Source: Candidatus Nanopelagicales bacterium (GTDB lineage Bacteria > Actinomycetota > Actinomycetes > S36-B12). From it: 64,000 bases of DNA. How positions within the stretch are numbered: position 1 is the first letter of the stretch; every line of letters starts with the position of its first letter. The notes under the pieces are model-generated. The model was given only the letters and a program-made list of their open reading frames with translations. It made no database searches and had not been told where the DNA came from. The stretch is taken from positions 201,256-265,255 of the forward strand of contig JAGYJJ010000004.1 of NCBI GenBank assembly GCA_018402235.1, written 5' to 3'. This document shows, one piece after another, positions 39,751-52,046 of this stretch. Both the position numbers and the translations under genes were made by a program.

Positions 39751-40196
39751 CACGATTGCGCCAGCAGCCCCGCAAGTGCACGCAGCGCTAATCGATAGGA
39801 GTCTGCACCGAAACCGGAGATGGTGCCGGTCGCTACTCCTGCCACAACCGAGGTATGACGGAACTCCTCGCGCGCTAGAGGATTGCTGAGATGGACTTCG
39901 ATCAGCGGCGCGGTCAACATTGCGCATGCATCCCGTATCGCGTACGAGTAGTGCGTAAAGGCAGCTGGATTAAGCAGCACAGGAATCGATTCATCGGCTG
40001 CTTGATGCAGCCACTCGATCAACTCGGCTTCGTCGTTGGTCTGTCGCACCTCTGCTTGCAGACCCAGGCCGGATGCCTCTTCGACAACATTCGCAGCCAA
40101 CTGTTCGTAACTCAGGGATCCGTAAACGTCCGGTTCACGCGATCCAAGCCGATTCAGGTTGGGCCCATTTAGCACCCAAACACGTGTCACTGCCAT
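39750..40196 (-). CDS. aroQ: Type II 3-dehydroquinate dehydratase
   Basis: ORF 39750..40367(-). ATG at 40196 (MAVTRVWVLNGPNLNRLGSREPDVYG). Contains the motif IEVHLSN. Confidence 0.9.
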   Translation of the reverse strand: MAVTRVWVLNGPNLNRLGSREPDVYGSLSYEQLAANVVEEASGLGLQAEVRQTNDEAELIEWLHQAADESIPVLLNPAAFTHYSYAIRDACAMLTAPLIEVHLSNPLAREEFRHTSVVAGVATGTISGFGADSYRLALRALAGLLAQS

Positions 40197-40206
40197 GTCG
40201 GAGAGC

Positions 40207-41305
<1,099 letters not shown>

Positions 41306-41309
<4 letters not shown>

Positions 41310-41830
41310 AAGTTCGCACCCATATCGTCCGAAGAAAGCTTGGAGACCACCTCAGCGACAACATCCTTGATCGCTCGCCCACTCGTGTCGATGACCTCAC
41401 TTGCCACCTCCGCGTACAGCGGAGTGCGTTTCTCGAGCATTGTCAGCATGGTTCCGCGAACGTTACCGAGCAGCAAAGGTCGAGCCGAGTTCATCCCCAC
41501 CCGCTGGGTGGCGTGAGTTAGGTCTACTTTCAGCCACACCACGCGCTGGCCGATCAAAGCGCGTCGGGTGTCCTCGTCCTGGATCGCTCCCCCACCCAGG
41601 GACACGATCCCAGAGAAGTCTTCAAGCGCGTGCGCGATCTCTTCGCGTTCCATCTGACGAAACGTCGCTTCGCCGTCGGAAATGAAGATGTCGGACACCG
41701 GCTTTCCCGCACGCTGCTCGATGAGCGCATCGCTATCGAGAAATGGCACACCTAAACGCTCGGCCACCCGACGACCAACCGTTGACTTACCGGCCCCCGG
41801 AGCGCCGACGAATATCGCCCGGGGTGCCAT
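41306..41830 (-). CDS. aroK: Shikimate kinase
   Basis: ORF 41306..41830(-), 174 aa. Contains FVGAPGAGKSTVGRRVAERLG. Confidence 0.9.
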
Positions 41831-43020
41831 TAGCGAATGACCAAGGTGTCGAGGTAGCCGCGAATGTTCCGCTGCACCTCAGCAAGGCTGTCGCCGCCAA
41901 ATTTCTCCGTGAAGGCGTCGGCGAGCGTCAACAAGACCATGGCCTCCGCCACGACCCCCACAGCCGGAACCGCACACACATCCGATCGCTGATTGATCGC
42001 CTGCGCGGCTTCACCTGTGCTGACATCAACCGTTGCCAACGCGCGTGGGATCGTCGAGATCGGCTTCATTGCGGCGCGCACCCGCATCGTCTCGCCGGTT
42101 GTCATGCCCCCCTCAGTTCCGCCGGAGCGACCCGAAGTGCGCGTGAGCGTGCCGTCGGCATTCACTATTTCGTCTTGCGCTGTCGACCCGCGCATCTGCG
42201 CAAGTTCGAAACCATCGCCAACTTCCACACCCTTGATTGCCTGAATGCCCATGAGTGCTGCTGCAAGACGGGCATCGATGCGGCGGTCCCAGTGCACGTG
42301 CGAGCCCAATCCCGGTGGCAGGCCATGCACCACCACCTCGATCACGCCACCCAGAGTGTCGCCATCCTTGTGCGCGAGAGCAATCTCAGCTTCCATCGCG
42401 CGCGAGGCCTCTCCATCCAAACAACGGACCGGGCTCTCGTCAATGCGTTCAACATCAGCGGACGTAGGAACCGAATCCGTAGGTGCGCTCACCGTCCCGA
42501 TCCGCACCACGTGGCTAATGACGCTCACATCTGCGGCTTGCGCAAGGAACGCCCGCGCTACTGCACCCAGTGCCACCCGCGCTGCTGTTTCGCGGGCACT
42601 CGCTCGCTCGAGGATGGGTCGAGCATCATCGAAGCCGTACTTCTGCATGCCTACGAGATCGGCATGACCTGGGCGTGGCCGTGTCAACGGCGCGTTCCGG
42701 GCAAGCCCCTCCAAATCCTGCGCCGAAACCGGATCAGCTGACATCACCGTTTCCCATTTCGGCCACTCGGAGTTTCCAACTTCGATGGCGATCGGACCGC
42801 CGAGCGTTTGGCCATGGCGGACGCCGCCAAGAATGCGCACTGCATCTGCTTCGAATTTCATCCGGGCACCCCGCCCGGCACCGAGGCGGCGGCGAGCAAG
42901 ATCACGACCGATGTCCTCGCTCGTGATGCCAACGTGCGCAGGAAGGCCTTCGACAATGGCAGTCAGAGCTTGCCCGTGAGACTCTCCTGCGGTCAACCAG
43001 CGCACCATGGCGCCGATCAT
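41830..43020 (-). CDS. aroC: Chorismate synthase
   Basis: ORF 41830..43020(-), 396 aa. Contains [14 protein letters not shown]. An alternative ATG lies at 43008. Confidence 0.95.
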   Translation of the reverse strand: MIGAMVRWLTAGESHGQALTAIVEGLPAHVGITSEDIGRDLARRRLGAGRGARMKFEADAVRILGGVRHGQTLGGPIAIEVGNSEWPKWETVMSADPVSAQDLEGLARNAPLTRPRPGHADLVGMQKYGFDDARPILERASARETAARVALGAVARAFLAQAADVSVISHVVRIGTVSAPTDSVPTSADVERIDESPVRCLDGEASRAMEAEIALAHKDGDTLGGVIEVVVHGLPPGLGSHVHWDRRIDARLAAALMGIQAIKGVEVGDGFELAQMRGSTAQDEIVNADGTLTRTSGRSGGTEGGMTTGETMRVRAAMKPISTIPRALATVDVSTGEAAQAINQRSDVCAVPAVGVVAEAMVLLTLADAFTEKFGGDSLAEVQRNIRGYLDTLVIR

Positions 43021-43062
43021 CGCAGGTGCGCCGTCTCTGCTCGGACCTCACCCACCAATTGG

Positions 43063-43548
43063 CTAGCCAGCTACTGACGTGACCGCCGCGACCCCTATAA
43101 GGAGGGATCCCAATCCCATGAAAGGTCCGAACGGCACGGCGGTGCGCCGGTGCATCCGCCCGAGCACCGACCCAGCAACAACAACAATGCCCGCCGCCAC
43201 AAAACCCAACACATGCCCCCACCACACTGCGGACCAACTGATAGTGCCCAGCGCCCAACCCGTAACCGCCGCGTACTTGACGTCGCCCATCCCCATACCA
43301 CCCACTACATGGGCCACCCCGAAAGCGACAACCGCCACAACGGACGCTGCTAGTGCCCGCAGCAGCAACCCGCCATCTGAGGCGGCAGCAGACAGCAGGA
43401 CGGTCAGCGCAACGCAGCCGGCGAAGGCGATCGCGACCATTCGATTGGGCAAGCGATGCTCGCGCAGGTCCACCACGGTGAGGGCGAGCGCCCACCCCCC
43501 AAACCATGCCCATAACGCCGCGTTCAAGGCCTGGTGTGTAGTGATCAC
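43063..43548 (-). CDS. A24-family prepilin peptidase-like membrane protein
   Basis: ORF 43063..43548(-), 161 aa, polytopic. Motifs GGMGMGDVKY and VPFGPFMGLG. Confidence 0.75.
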   Translation of the reverse strand: MITTHQALNAALWAWFGGWALALTVVDLREHRLPNRMVAIAFAGCVALTVLLSAAASDGGLLLRALAASVVAVVAFGVAHVVGGMGMGDVKYAAVTGWALGTISWSAVWWGHVLGFVAAGIVVVAGSVLGRMHRRTAVPFGPFMGLGSLLIGVAAVTSVAG

Positions 43549-43611
43549 CTTGTGAGGCTAAGGATCCCAAGCCCCATGAGGGAATACCCAAAAGCGGGCT
43601 GTGGACAAGCC

Positions 43612-44439
43612 CTACAGCGCACTCCTCATCGCCGCCACGACACTCGAGTCGTCGAAGTCCAGTCCGGTCATCAACCGCACTTGGGCGACGGCCTGCCAGA
43701 CGAGCATGTCCCGACCGCTCGCGACCACCGAGTTCGGAATTCGTTTCCAGGCGCTTGCCAAGGGGGTGGGCCAGGGGTGATAACTCGCGTCCAGGAGTGC
43801 GGTGGTTCCAGCGGCATCGGCCATGACCGACCAGGGCGCCGCTGCATCCGCCGGCAGGGTGCTCACCAGGAGGTTGCAGTCGGCCATTACTGGGGTCAGG
43901 TCTGCGACAGTGGCCTGCAAGCCAAGGCGCCGGGCAACGTCAGCAACTGCCTGCGCGGCTTGCGGACGCCGAGCATGGATCACCACGTGTGAACCATCCA
44001 GTGCGGCGACCGCAGCAACCGCACTACGCGCGGTGGCACCTGCACCGAGTATCCGCGCTGAGTCGATACGCACAACTCCCCCCTCATGCAATGCGTTCTG
44101 CATACCCCCCACATCGGTATTGGTTGCCTGCCAGACGCGCGAACCAGCCCGGCGGAAAACCGTGTTAGCAGAGCGGACCGCACGCGCCACATCGGAAACG
44201 TCGTCGACGACTTCGAGGACGACTTCCTTCAGAGGCATCGTCAAACTCAAGCCCCGCCACTCGTCATCGAGCGAGGCAAATAAAGCTGGAAAGTCACCTT
44301 CGGCACACTCAATTGCTGCGTAATCCCAATCTAGGCCTAGGAGACGATAGGCCGCCTGATGCAACGCTGGCGAAAGGCTATGTGCGATCGGCGAGCCCAG
44401 CACGGCCGCCCGCGGCATCAGCTGTTCTCCGCCAGCCAC
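43612..44439 (-). CDS. aroE: Shikimate dehydrogenase
   Basis: ORF 43612..44439(-), 275 aa. Motifs VLGSPIAHSLSPALHQAAY, NTDVGG and GAGATARS. Confidence 0.9.
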   Translation of the reverse strand: MAGGEQLMPRAAVLGSPIAHSLSPALHQAAYRLLGLDWDYAAIECAEGDFPALFASLDDEWRGLSLTMPLKEVVLEVVDDVSDVARAVRSANTVFRRAGSRVWQATNTDVGGMQNALHEGGVVRIDSARILGAGATARSAVAAVAALDGSHVVIHARRPQAAQAVADVARRLGLQATVADLTPVMADCNLLVSTLPADAAAPWSVMADAAGTTALLDASYHPWPTPLASAWKRIPNSVVASGRDMLVWQAVAQVRLMTGLDFDDSSVVAAMRSAL

Positions 44440-45524
44440 TCGCGCAATTGGCTCTTGAGCTTCAAAAAGCGGTCGTAGTCACGTGCGAACTTCGTCTCCT
44501 TGGTATCGGGGTTTACCGTGACGAAGTAGAGCCACTTGGCGGGCGCTGGATCCAAGGCAGCTTCAATCGCCGCATCCCCTGGCGAGTTGATGGGCGTTGG
44601 GGGTAGACCCGTGACCTGATAGGTGTTGTAGGGAGAATCGGTCGCTAATTGCTCCGCCGACAACTGCAATTCAACGATGTCCAGCGCGTACGCAACCGTG
44701 GAGTCGAACTGCAAGGGCATGCCGTCGTCGAGCCGGTTATAGATCACGGAAGCAGCCTTGCGCATATCCTCCGGAAGAACCTCCGCTTGGACCAACGACG
44801 CAACGATAAGGACTTCATAGGGCGTCCGTCCGATTGCTTCGGCGCGAGCAACCAGATCCAAGGACAGCGCCGACTGATCGAATCGTCCTACGAGTGTCGA
44901 CAAAATCTGCTCGGCCGTCTCATCCCCGACAAGGTCGTACGTTGCTGGGAACATGAACCCTTCGGGCCGCTGCTCGGCCCACGCGGGCAGCGGCAATACC
45001 CCTGGGTTGTCTAGTACCTGCTCAAATTCCGATAACGGCAACCCCGACGCTCGAGACGCTGCTTCGATCGTCTGTGACAAACGCAAACCCTCGGGGAGCA
45101 CCAACCGACTACCGGCACGCGAAACGGGATCGAGCATTAATGTGACCGCACGGTCGCCACTCATTTGCTGGCGAAGCGTGTACGTCCCAGGGCCGATGGA
45201 AGCGGCGGACTCATTTGCCTGCGCGGCGTCAACGAACGCCTTCACGCTGCTCACCACACCAGCGTCGGTCAAAGTTTGGCCGATCGCGGTCAGGGTGTCG
45301 CCTCGTGCGACGACTATCTGCACCTCGCCAAACCCCTCACCAGCGAATTCGGATGCAGACGAACTCCCGCCACCGAACCCCGACACGAATGACCATGTTC
45401 CCCAGGCCAACGCGGCAACCGCAAGCAGCACCGCGACTCCGGTTATGCGCCGAGCCAGGCTGGTTGCATTCCGTGAGGGCGGCAATGCGTCCTCTTCGTC
45501 GAAGAATTCATCCATGTGAGTCAT
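44418..45524 (-). CDS. mltG: Endolytic murein transglycosylase MltG (YceG-like)
   Basis: ORF 44418..45524(-), 368 aa. N-terminal TM segment. Contains ASLVQAEV...ASVIYNRL...LQFDSTVAY...YNTY. Confidence 0.85.
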   Translation of the reverse strand: MTHMDEFFDEEDALPPSRNATSLARRITGVAVLLAVAALAWGTWSFVSGFGGGSSSASEFAGEGFGEVQIVVARGDTLTAIGQTLTDAGVVSSVKAFVDAAQANESAASIGPGTYTLRQQMSGDRAVTLMLDPVSRAGSRLVLPEGLRLSQTIEAASRASGLPLSEFEQVLDNPGVLPLPAWAEQRPEGFMFPATYDLVGDETAEQILSTLVGRFDQSALSLDLVARAEAIGRTPYEVLIVASLVQAEVLPEDMRKAASVIYNRLDDGMPLQFDSTVAYALDIVELQLSAEQLATDSPYNTYQVTGLPPTPINSPGDAAIEAALDPAPAKWLYFVTVNPDTKETKFARDYDRFLKLKSQLREWLAENS

Positions 45525-45967
45525 TGGTCTTCTAGCACCTCACCGGGGGGGTCGCCTGTGCTGCGCTCGACATCGAGGGCGTACTGCAACACCACTGCAG
45601 CCGAGGCACTGTCGATCATCGCACGACTCTGGCGCACCGACCGCCCTTGATCGTGGAGGCCACGCTGGGCTTGCACGGTTGATAGACGTTCATCGACCAG
45701 TCGGACGGGCACCGAGGTGGCCCGTCGCACTTGCGTTGCGAAATCTCGAGCCCGCAGCGCCGCGTGCCCCTCTACGCCATCGAGGCCCACCGGTAGACCC
45801 ACGATGATCTCTAGGGACTCGATCTCCTCGACGACGACGCCCACCGCCTCTAGGTCCCCTGCCGAGAGGGCCGGGCGAGGGGAAGCCAGGATCCCATCGA
45901 TGTCACACACCGCAACGCCTATGCGCACCGATCCGGGGTCCAGCGACACACGTCGGCCCTTGCGCAC
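45521..45967 (-). CDS. ruvX: Putative pre-16S rRNA nuclease / Holliday junction resolvase-like protein RuvX (YqgF)
   Basis: ORF 45521..45967(-), 148 aa. Contains VSLDPGSVRIGVAVCD...VDERLST. Located downstream of alaS. Confidence 0.85.
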   Translation of the reverse strand: MRKGRRVSLDPGSVRIGVAVCDIDGILASPRPALSAGDLEAVGVVVEEIESLEIIVGLPVGLDGVEGHAALRARDFATQVRRATSVPVRLVDERLSTVQAQRGLHDQGRSVRQSRAMIDSASAAVVLQYALDVERSTGDPPGEVLEDQ

Positions 45968-45979
45968 CTGACCTAACTC

Positions 45980-48646
45980 CTAGCGCCCGCGCAGCGTCGC
46001 CAGCGCATGGTCGATCGCCGCGTCGATCTGTGTCGGGTCTCCGCCGCCGCCTTGGGCCATGTCGTCCTTACCGCCACCACGACCACCCAGTCGGGTGTTC
46101 ATCACGCCGATGATTTCACCTGCCCGCGCTCCTGCAGCGACAGCCGCAGGGGTGCAGGCGACGATCAGCGCCACTGAGTCGTCCGCGACCGTCGATCCGA
46201 TGAACACCGCGGGAGCGTCCTTTCCTGCGCGCGCCTTCGCGTGCTGAGCGATATCGCGCAACTCCTTGCCGCCAACACCTGCGGGCGCCGTAAAGGCGTG
46301 CACCCGTAACCCGCCAGCATCAACACCTTCTCCGATGAGAGTGTCAGCTTCCGCCAGCAGATCCGCCGTCTTGAACCGAGCCAGTTCCCGTTCCGCATCT
46401 TTGAGCGATGAGATGGTTCGCTCGATGCGCTCTAAAACTTCATCGCGGGGGGCCTTGACTAGATCCGAAAGCCGCTGCACAAGAACGTGCTCTGCGGCCA
46501 GATGCCGGTAGGCATCGACCCCCACTAAGGCTTCGACCCGACGAATCCCGGCACCGATCGATCCCTCAGACAGGAAGGACACCACACCAAGTTGACCGGA
46601 CCGCTGGGCATGCGTTCCACCGCACAGCTCGTGGGCCCAGTCACCAACCGATACCACGCGGACCTCTGAACCGTATTTTTCCCCGAATAACGCCATGGCA
46701 CCCATGGCCCGAGCCTCGTCCTGGGTCATTACCTGCGCATGCACATCCAGATCCTCGATCAATATTTCGTTCACTCTGGCTTCTACGTCGCGCAAGACGG
46801 CGCCCGATACGGGCTCGGGGCTTGGGAAGTCGAACCGTAAGCGCCCGGGTGCGTTCTCCGATCCCATCTGCGTGGCGGTGTCCCCCAACTGCTCGCGGAA
46901 AGCTCGATGGATCATGTGGGTAGCCGTGTGAGCGCGAGAGATTGCCTTCCGGCGGTAAGTATCGACCCGTGCAACAACCGAATCTCCTTGAGTGATCTCG
47001 CCCTCGCGCACCTGCCCGCGATGAATGAATAGCCCCGGCACCGGTGATTGAACGTCGTACACCTCAAAGATTGTGCCGTCGGCGGACGCGATACTTCCGT
47101 GATCACCCAACTGCCCACCGGATTCGGCGTAAAAGGGTGTTCGATCCAAGATCACCTCGGCATGCTGGCCAGACTTCACGACCGGTTGGGCTTGACCTTC
47201 CGCCACTACTCCGATGACCGTCGCTTCATTTTCCACATGGTCGTACCCGATGAATGCGGTCGATCCACCCGTATCCAAAATGTCGCGGTAGGCGGTAGTG
47301 GCAGCGAATCCACTCTTGCGGGCCACCGAATCTGCTTTTGCCCGTTCGCGCTGCTGCCCCATCAGCGTGCGGAATCCAGCTTCATCGACGCTGAGTCCCT
47401 GCTCGGCCGCCATCTCCAGCGTGAGGTCGATCGGAAAACCGTAGGTGTCGTGCAGGGAGAAGGCCTGGTCGCCAGGCAACGTGACCGAACCGGAATCCTT
47501 CGCCTGGGCTACAGCCGTTTCGAACAGTGTGGTGCCAGTTCGCAGCGTGGAATCGAACGATGCTTCCTCAGATACCGAGATACTCCGAATGCGCTCGACT
47601 TCATCGTTCAACTCCGGGTACTGCGGCGCCATGGCTAGCACCGTGGCGTCCACGAGCTCGCTCATGACCGGTTGCTCGGCGCCGAGAATGCGCATATTGC
47701 GGATAACTCGTCGCATCAATCGACGCAACACATAGCCACGACCTTCATTCCCTGGAATCACTCCGTCACTAATCAAGAAGGAGCATGTCCGCGCGTGGTC
47801 GGCAACAACGCGCAGGGAGATGTCGTTCTTCTCCGATTTCCCGTATTGGGCTCCGGTTAGTTCGCTAGCCCTGTCGAGGATCGTGCGCGTGGTGTCGATT
47901 TCGTAGATGTTGTCCACGCCTTGCAACAGCGCAGCCATCCGCTCCAGCCCCATGCCGGTGTCGATGTTCTTCGCTGGCAATTCACCCAAAATCGGATAGT
48001 CCTCCTTGGCCGGGCCCGCACCCCGCTCAAACTGCATGAACACGAGGTTCCAAACTTCGAGGTAACGGTTCTCGTCGGCTATCGGCCCACCCTCGACGCC
48101 GTGCTGCGGGCCGCGATCGAAGTAGATCTCCGAACAGGGGCCACACGGTCCGGGAACACCCATCGACCAGTAGTTGTCTGCTTGACCGCGACGTTGAATG
48201 CGATCGAGGGGTATTCCCACATCCTTGTGCCAGATGTCAATGGATTCGTCGTCGTCCAAGTAGACCGTTACCCACAGTTTCGACTCCTCGAATCCGTAAC
48301 CTCCATCGACCACCGGCCGGGTCAACAACTCCCAGGCGTAGGGAATGGCCTTTTCCTTGAAGTAGTCGCCGAAGGAGAAGTTCCCGGCCATTTGGAAGAA
48401 GGATGCATGGCGAGTGGTTCTGCCGACCTCCTCGATGTCGAGGGTTCTGACCACCTTTTGCACACTGGTTGCCCGCGGGTACGGCGGTGGGGCTTCGCCG
48501 AGAAAGTACGGCTTGAAGGGCACCATGCCGGCGTTGACGAATAGCAACGTCGGATCATCGAGTAGCAGCGAAGCCGACGGCACGATCTCGTGTCCGTTCT
48601 CAGCGAAGTAGCGAAGGAATCGCGTCCTGATCTCTGCCGAATCCAT
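45980..48646 (-). CDS. alaS: Alanine--tRNA ligase
   Basis: ORF 45980..48646(-), 888 aa. Motifs FFQMAGNFSFGDYFK, RVVADHART and HELCGGTH. Confidence 0.95.
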   Translation of the reverse strand: MDSAEIRTRFLRYFAENGHEIVPSASLLLDDPTLLFVNAGMVPFKPYFLGEAPPPYPRATSVQKVVRTLDIEEVGRTTRHASFFQMAGNFSFGDYFKEKAIPYAWELLTRPVVDGGYGFEESKLWVTVYLDDDESIDIWHKDVGIPLDRIQRRGQADNYWSMGVPGPCGPCSEIYFDRGPQHGVEGGPIADENRYLEVWNLVFMQFERGAGPAKEDYPILGELPAKNIDTGMGLERMAALLQGVDNIYEIDTTRTILDRASELTGAQYGKSEKNDISLRVVADHARTCSFLISDGVIPGNEGRGYVLRRLMRRVIRNMRILGAEQPVMSELVDATVLAMAPQYPELNDEVERIRSISVSEEASFDSTLRTGTTLFETAVAQAKDSGSVTLPGDQAFSLHDTYGFPIDLTLEMAAEQGLSVDEAGFRTLMGQQRERAKADSVARKSGFAATTAYRDILDTGGSTAFIGYDHVENEATVIGVVAEGQAQPVVKSGQHAEVILDRTPFYAESGGQLGDHGSIASADGTIFEVYDVQSPVPGLFIHRGQVREGEITQGDSVVARVDTYRRKAISRAHTATHMIHRAFREQLGDTATQMGSENAPGRLRFDFPSPEPVSGAVLRDVEARVNEILIEDLDVHAQVMTQDEARAMGAMALFGEKYGSEVRVVSVGDWAHELCGGTHAQRSGQLGVVSFLSEGSIGAGIRRVEALVGVDAYRHLAAEHVLVQRLSDLVKAPRDEVLERIERTISSLKDAERELARFKTADLLAEADTLIGEGVDAGGLRVHAFTAPAGVGGKELRDIAQHAKARAGKDAPAVFIGSTVADDSVALIVACTPAAVAAGARAGEIIGVMNTRLGGRGGGKDDMAQGGGGDPTQIDAAIDHALATLRGR

Positions 48647-48894
48647 CAGTTTTTGCCCGCCGAGGGACCTGGGTCGGTGATTGGCTTGCTGCCGGGATTC
48701 CGCCTGACTTCGGTAGAAGCTCGCTGACCCATGGCGCTCGAGATTTGATTAATGGTCTGCGTAGTGGTCAATGCCACCTGTTGGATCGTCAGCGCGACCC
48801 CCTGCTCACGCGCCTGTTCGAGTAGTTCAGCGCCCTTGCGGTACGCCAGGATACCTCCCGCAGCACCGATGGCCGTCCACACGAGTCGTCGCAC
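48646..48894 (-). CDS. Small conserved hypothetical protein (one N-terminal hydrophobic helix)
   Basis: ORF 48646..48894(-), 82 aa. MRRLVWTAIGAAGGILAYRKG. Its stop shares 1 nt with the alaS ATG. Confidence 0.55.
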   Translation of the reverse strand: MRRLVWTAIGAAGGILAYRKGAELLEQAREQGVALTIQQVALTTTQTINQISSAMGQRASTEVRRNPGSKPITDPGPSAGKN

Positions 48895-48910
48895 GGGGCA
48901 AGCCTATGCA

Positions 48911-50293
48911 TCAGGCTTCGGGGTTCTCGCCCACCTGGGAATCGGGGTTCTCGTTGCGCCCTAATCGACGCTCTGCCAAGCGTCGGGCGATATCTCCCCA
49001 GCGTGCCTCAGTCCCATGCTCTGTCGGGAAGTAATACCGAGCATCACGCAAGGGATCAGGCAGGTAATCAGCCTGCGCCACACCACCAGGGACGTCGTGC
49101 GGATAGACGTAGCTGTGACCATGACCGAGGCTGGCAGCCCCGGGGTAATGCGCATCGCGCAGATGCATGGGGACCGTCCCGATACGGCCGGCTCGAACAT
49201 CGGCGATTGCCGCATCGATACCTCGGTAGACCGCATTGGACTTAGGCGCCAGCGCCGCATGCACGGTCGCGTGCGCCAGGATGATGCGCGCCTCCGGCAT
49301 GCCGACCATCGCAATCGCCTGGGCAGCAGCGGTTGCGGTTTGCAGCACACTCGAGTCCGCCATCCCAATGTCCTCGCTCGCCAGGATCATCAATCTGCGT
49401 GCGACAAACCGCGGATCCTCTCCCGCTTCGAGCATGCGTGCTAGGTAGTGCAAAGCGGCATCAGGGTCACTTCCCCGCACGCTCTTGATAAAGGCGCTGA
49501 CGACGTCGTAGTGCTGGTCCCCGTCCTTGTCGTAGCGCACCGCAGCGTGCTGAACGGCTGACTCCACCGTAGGGAGGCCTACCACTCCACCCGTGCCGAC
49601 TCCCGCGCTTGCCGCATCGAGTGCTGTGAGTCCTCGGCGCGCATCCCCGGCGCTGATCCGCACGAGGAAGTCCAGCGCCTCGTCGGTAACTGTCACCGAT
49701 CCGCTAAGGCCGCGATCATTCTCGATAGCCCGTCGCAACACCGACTCGATATCCGCATCCGTGAGCGGCTGCAACGTAACGACGATGCTCCGTGACAGCA
49801 ACGGTGCAATCACCGAGAAGCTCGGGTTTTCGGTGGTCGCAGCGATGAGTGTTACCCACCCGTTCTCCACCGCCGGCAGCAAGGCATCCTGCTGACTCTT
49901 ACTGAACCGATGAACTTCGTCGACGAACAGGACCGTTCCTTGTTGCTGCAGGCGTAGCCGATCGCGCGCCTCCTCGATCACCACACGAACATCCTTCACG
50001 CCGGCCGTCACGGCCGAGAGTTCGGTGAAAACTCGCCCCGACTCGCGTGAAACCAAGGTGGCCAATGTGGTTTTGCCTGTGCCTGGTGGGCCCCAAAGAA
50101 CTACGGAGACGGCTCCTCGATCACCCCCAGTGAGTAAGGAACGCAGTGGTGAACCCTCCGCAAGCGCTGCGTGCTGCCCTACGACCTCCCCCACGCTTCG
50201 TGGTCGCATCCGAACTGCCAGCGGCGCATCGTGACGATCGCTCTGTTCTCGATCATCGAATAGTGTCACTGAAAGCCCCGTTTCAGCTGTCAT
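48911..50293 (-). CDS. rarA: Replication-associated recombination protein A (AAA+ ATPase, MgsA/RarA)
   Basis: ORF 48911..50293(-), 460 aa. Contains [13 protein letters not shown]...FVDEVHRF...ATTENPSF. Confidence 0.9.
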   Translation of the reverse strand: MTAETGLSVTLFDDREQSDRHDAPLAVRMRPRSVGEVVGQHAALAEGSPLRSLLTGGDRGAVSVVLWGPPGTGKTTLATLVSRESGRVFTELSAVTAGVKDVRVVIEEARDRLRLQQQGTVLFVDEVHRFSKSQQDALLPAVENGWVTLIAATTENPSFSVIAPLLSRSIVVTLQPLTDADIESVLRRAIENDRGLSGSVTVTDEALDFLVRISAGDARRGLTALDAASAGVGTGGVVGLPTVESAVQHAAVRYDKDGDQHYDVVSAFIKSVRGSDPDAALHYLARMLEAGEDPRFVARRLMILASEDIGMADSSVLQTATAAAQAIAMVGMPEARIILAHATVHAALAPKSNAVYRGIDAAIADVRAGRIGTVPMHLRDAHYPGAASLGHGHSYVYPHDVPGGVAQADYLPDPLRDARYYFPTEHGTEARWGDIARRLAERRLGRNENPDSQVGENPEA

Positions 50294-52046
50294 CCTCGGG
50301 AGCGGTTGGGTCGACGTCGATTCCCGCCTCAGCCCGCTGCTGGGCAGTGATGGGCGTAGGCGCCCCCGTCAATGGATCGTGGCCCCCGCCAGTCTTGGGG
50401 AAGGCAATCACATCGCGCAGGGAATCGGCGTCCGCGAGGAGCATGCAGATGCGATCCCAGCCGAAGGCGATACCGCCATGCGGAGGCGGGCCGTACTGGA
50501 ACGCTTCGAGCAAGAATCCGAACTTCTCCTGCGCCTCTTCCTCGTCCAAGCCCAGAACCCCGAATACTCGTCGCTGAACGGCGGCATCATGAATACGGAT
50601 ACTGCCGCCGCCGATCTCGTTGCCGTTGCACACGAGGTCGTAGGCCCAGGCAAGTGCCTCGCCCGGGGCTGTGTCCGTTCCGTCGAAGCGGTCGATCCAC
50701 TCAGCGTTAGGTGAGGTGAACGGGTGATGAACCGCAGTCCAGACCCATGCGCCGACATCGTCTTGTACCTGCTCGAACATCGGTGCATCAACGATCCACA
50801 CGAACGACCATTGCGATTCGTCGATCAACGCCAGCCGTTCGGCAATTTCAACCCGAGCCGCTCCCAAGAGTGCCCGGGCCTCACCGGCCCGACCTGCGGC
50901 GAAAAACACTGCGTCGCCCGGTGCTGCGCCCACGGCAGCAACGAGGCCGGCGCGCTCGTCATCACTCAGATTCTTAGCCACCGGCCCGCCCAAAGTTGCG
51001 TCTGTATCGACGGTCACGTACGCCAATCCCTTGGCCCCACGCTGCTTGGCCCACTCCTGCCAGGCGTCGAACTGCCGACGCGGCTGATCTGCGCCACCAG
51101 GCATCACCACAGCACCCACGTAGTCGGCTTGAAATACCCGGAACGGCGTGTTCACGAAGAAGTCGGTCAGATCAACGAGTTCCAAGCCAAACCGTAAGTC
51201 TGGCTTATCGGTCCCGTATCGCTGCATGGCTTCTGCGTAGGTCATATGCGCGATCTCGCCGATCTCATGGCCGGCAACGTGCGACCACAGCGCGCGAACC
51301 ACTGCCTCGCCCACCTCGACGACGTCGGCCTGTTCCACGAAACTCATCTCGATGTCGAGTTGAGTGAACTCCGGTTGCCGATCTGCGCGGAAGTCCTCAT
51401 CTCGATAGCAGCGTGCTATCTGGAAGTACCGTTCGATGCCACCGACCATGAGTAGTTGCTTGAACAACTGTGGTGATTGCGGCAGCGCGTACCAGTGACC
51501 GGGCTGGAGTCGAACCGGAACCAGGAAGTCCCGGGCACCTTCTGGTGTTGAGCGCGTGAGAGTGGGTGTTTCCACTTCGACGAAGTCGCGCGACAAGAGC
51601 ACATCCCGCGCAACCTGGTTCACCTTGGAACGCATCCGAAGCGCGTCGCCAGGTCGCGTGCGCCGCAGATCGAGATAGCGATGACGCAGGCGTACCTCAT
51701 CACTCACGTTCACGCGATCATCGATTGGGAAAGGCAACGGTGCACTCGTGGACAGCACCATGACTTGATCCGCCATGACTTCGATCGCCCCAGTGGGAAG
51801 ATCCGGATTCTCATTACCCTCCGGACGCATCGAAACCTCGCCGGTCACCTGGATGCAGAACTCATCGCGCAGCGGGTGGGCGACCTCCGGTTCACGAATA
51901 ACTACCTGCACCCGGCCCGATGCATCGCGCAAATCGATAAACGCAACACCACCGTGATCGCGCCTCGAGGCGATCCAACCGGCGAGCGTTACAGACGTTC
52001 CGGCGTGGTCCGCGCGCAAGTCTCCGGCACGGTGGGTTCTGATCAC
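50283..52046 (-). CDS. aspS: Aspartate--tRNA ligase
   Basis: ORF 50283..52046(-), 587 aa. Contains [19 protein letters not shown]...[11 protein letters not shown]...GGGSIRIH. Confidence 0.95.
   Translation of the reverse strand: MIRTHRAGDLRADHAGTSVTLAGWIASRRDHGGVAFIDLRDASGRVQVVIREPEVAHPLRDEFCIQVTGEVSMRPEGNENPDLPTGAIEVMADQVMVLSTSAPLPFPIDDRVNVSDEVRLRHRYLDLRRTRPGDALRMRSKVNQVARDVLLSRDFVEVETPTLTRSTPEGARDFLVPVRLQPGHWYALPQSPQLFKQLLMVGGIERYFQIARCYRDEDFRADRQPEFTQLDIEMSFVEQADVVEVGEAVVRALWSHVAGHEIGEIAHMTYAEAMQRYGTDKPDLRFGLELVDLTDFFVNTPFRVFQADYVGAVVMPGGADQPRRQFDAWQEWAKQRGAKGLAYVTVDTDATLGGPVAKNLSDDERAGLVAAVGAAPGDAVFFAAGRAGEARALLGAARVEIAERLALIDESQWSFVWIVDAPMFEQVQDDVGAWVWTAVHHPFTSPNAEWIDRFDGTDTAPGEALAWAYDLVCNGNEIGGGSIRIHDAAVQRRVFGVLGLDEEEAQEKFGFLLEAFQYGPPPHGGIAFGWDRICMLLADADSLRDVIAFPKTGGGHDPLTGAPTPITAQQRAEAGIDVDPTAPEDDS

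Noticed and set aside
41743-42741. 332-aa ORF on the + strand
   Set aside because: It is antisense to aroC, whose identity is unambiguous, and it has no motifs.
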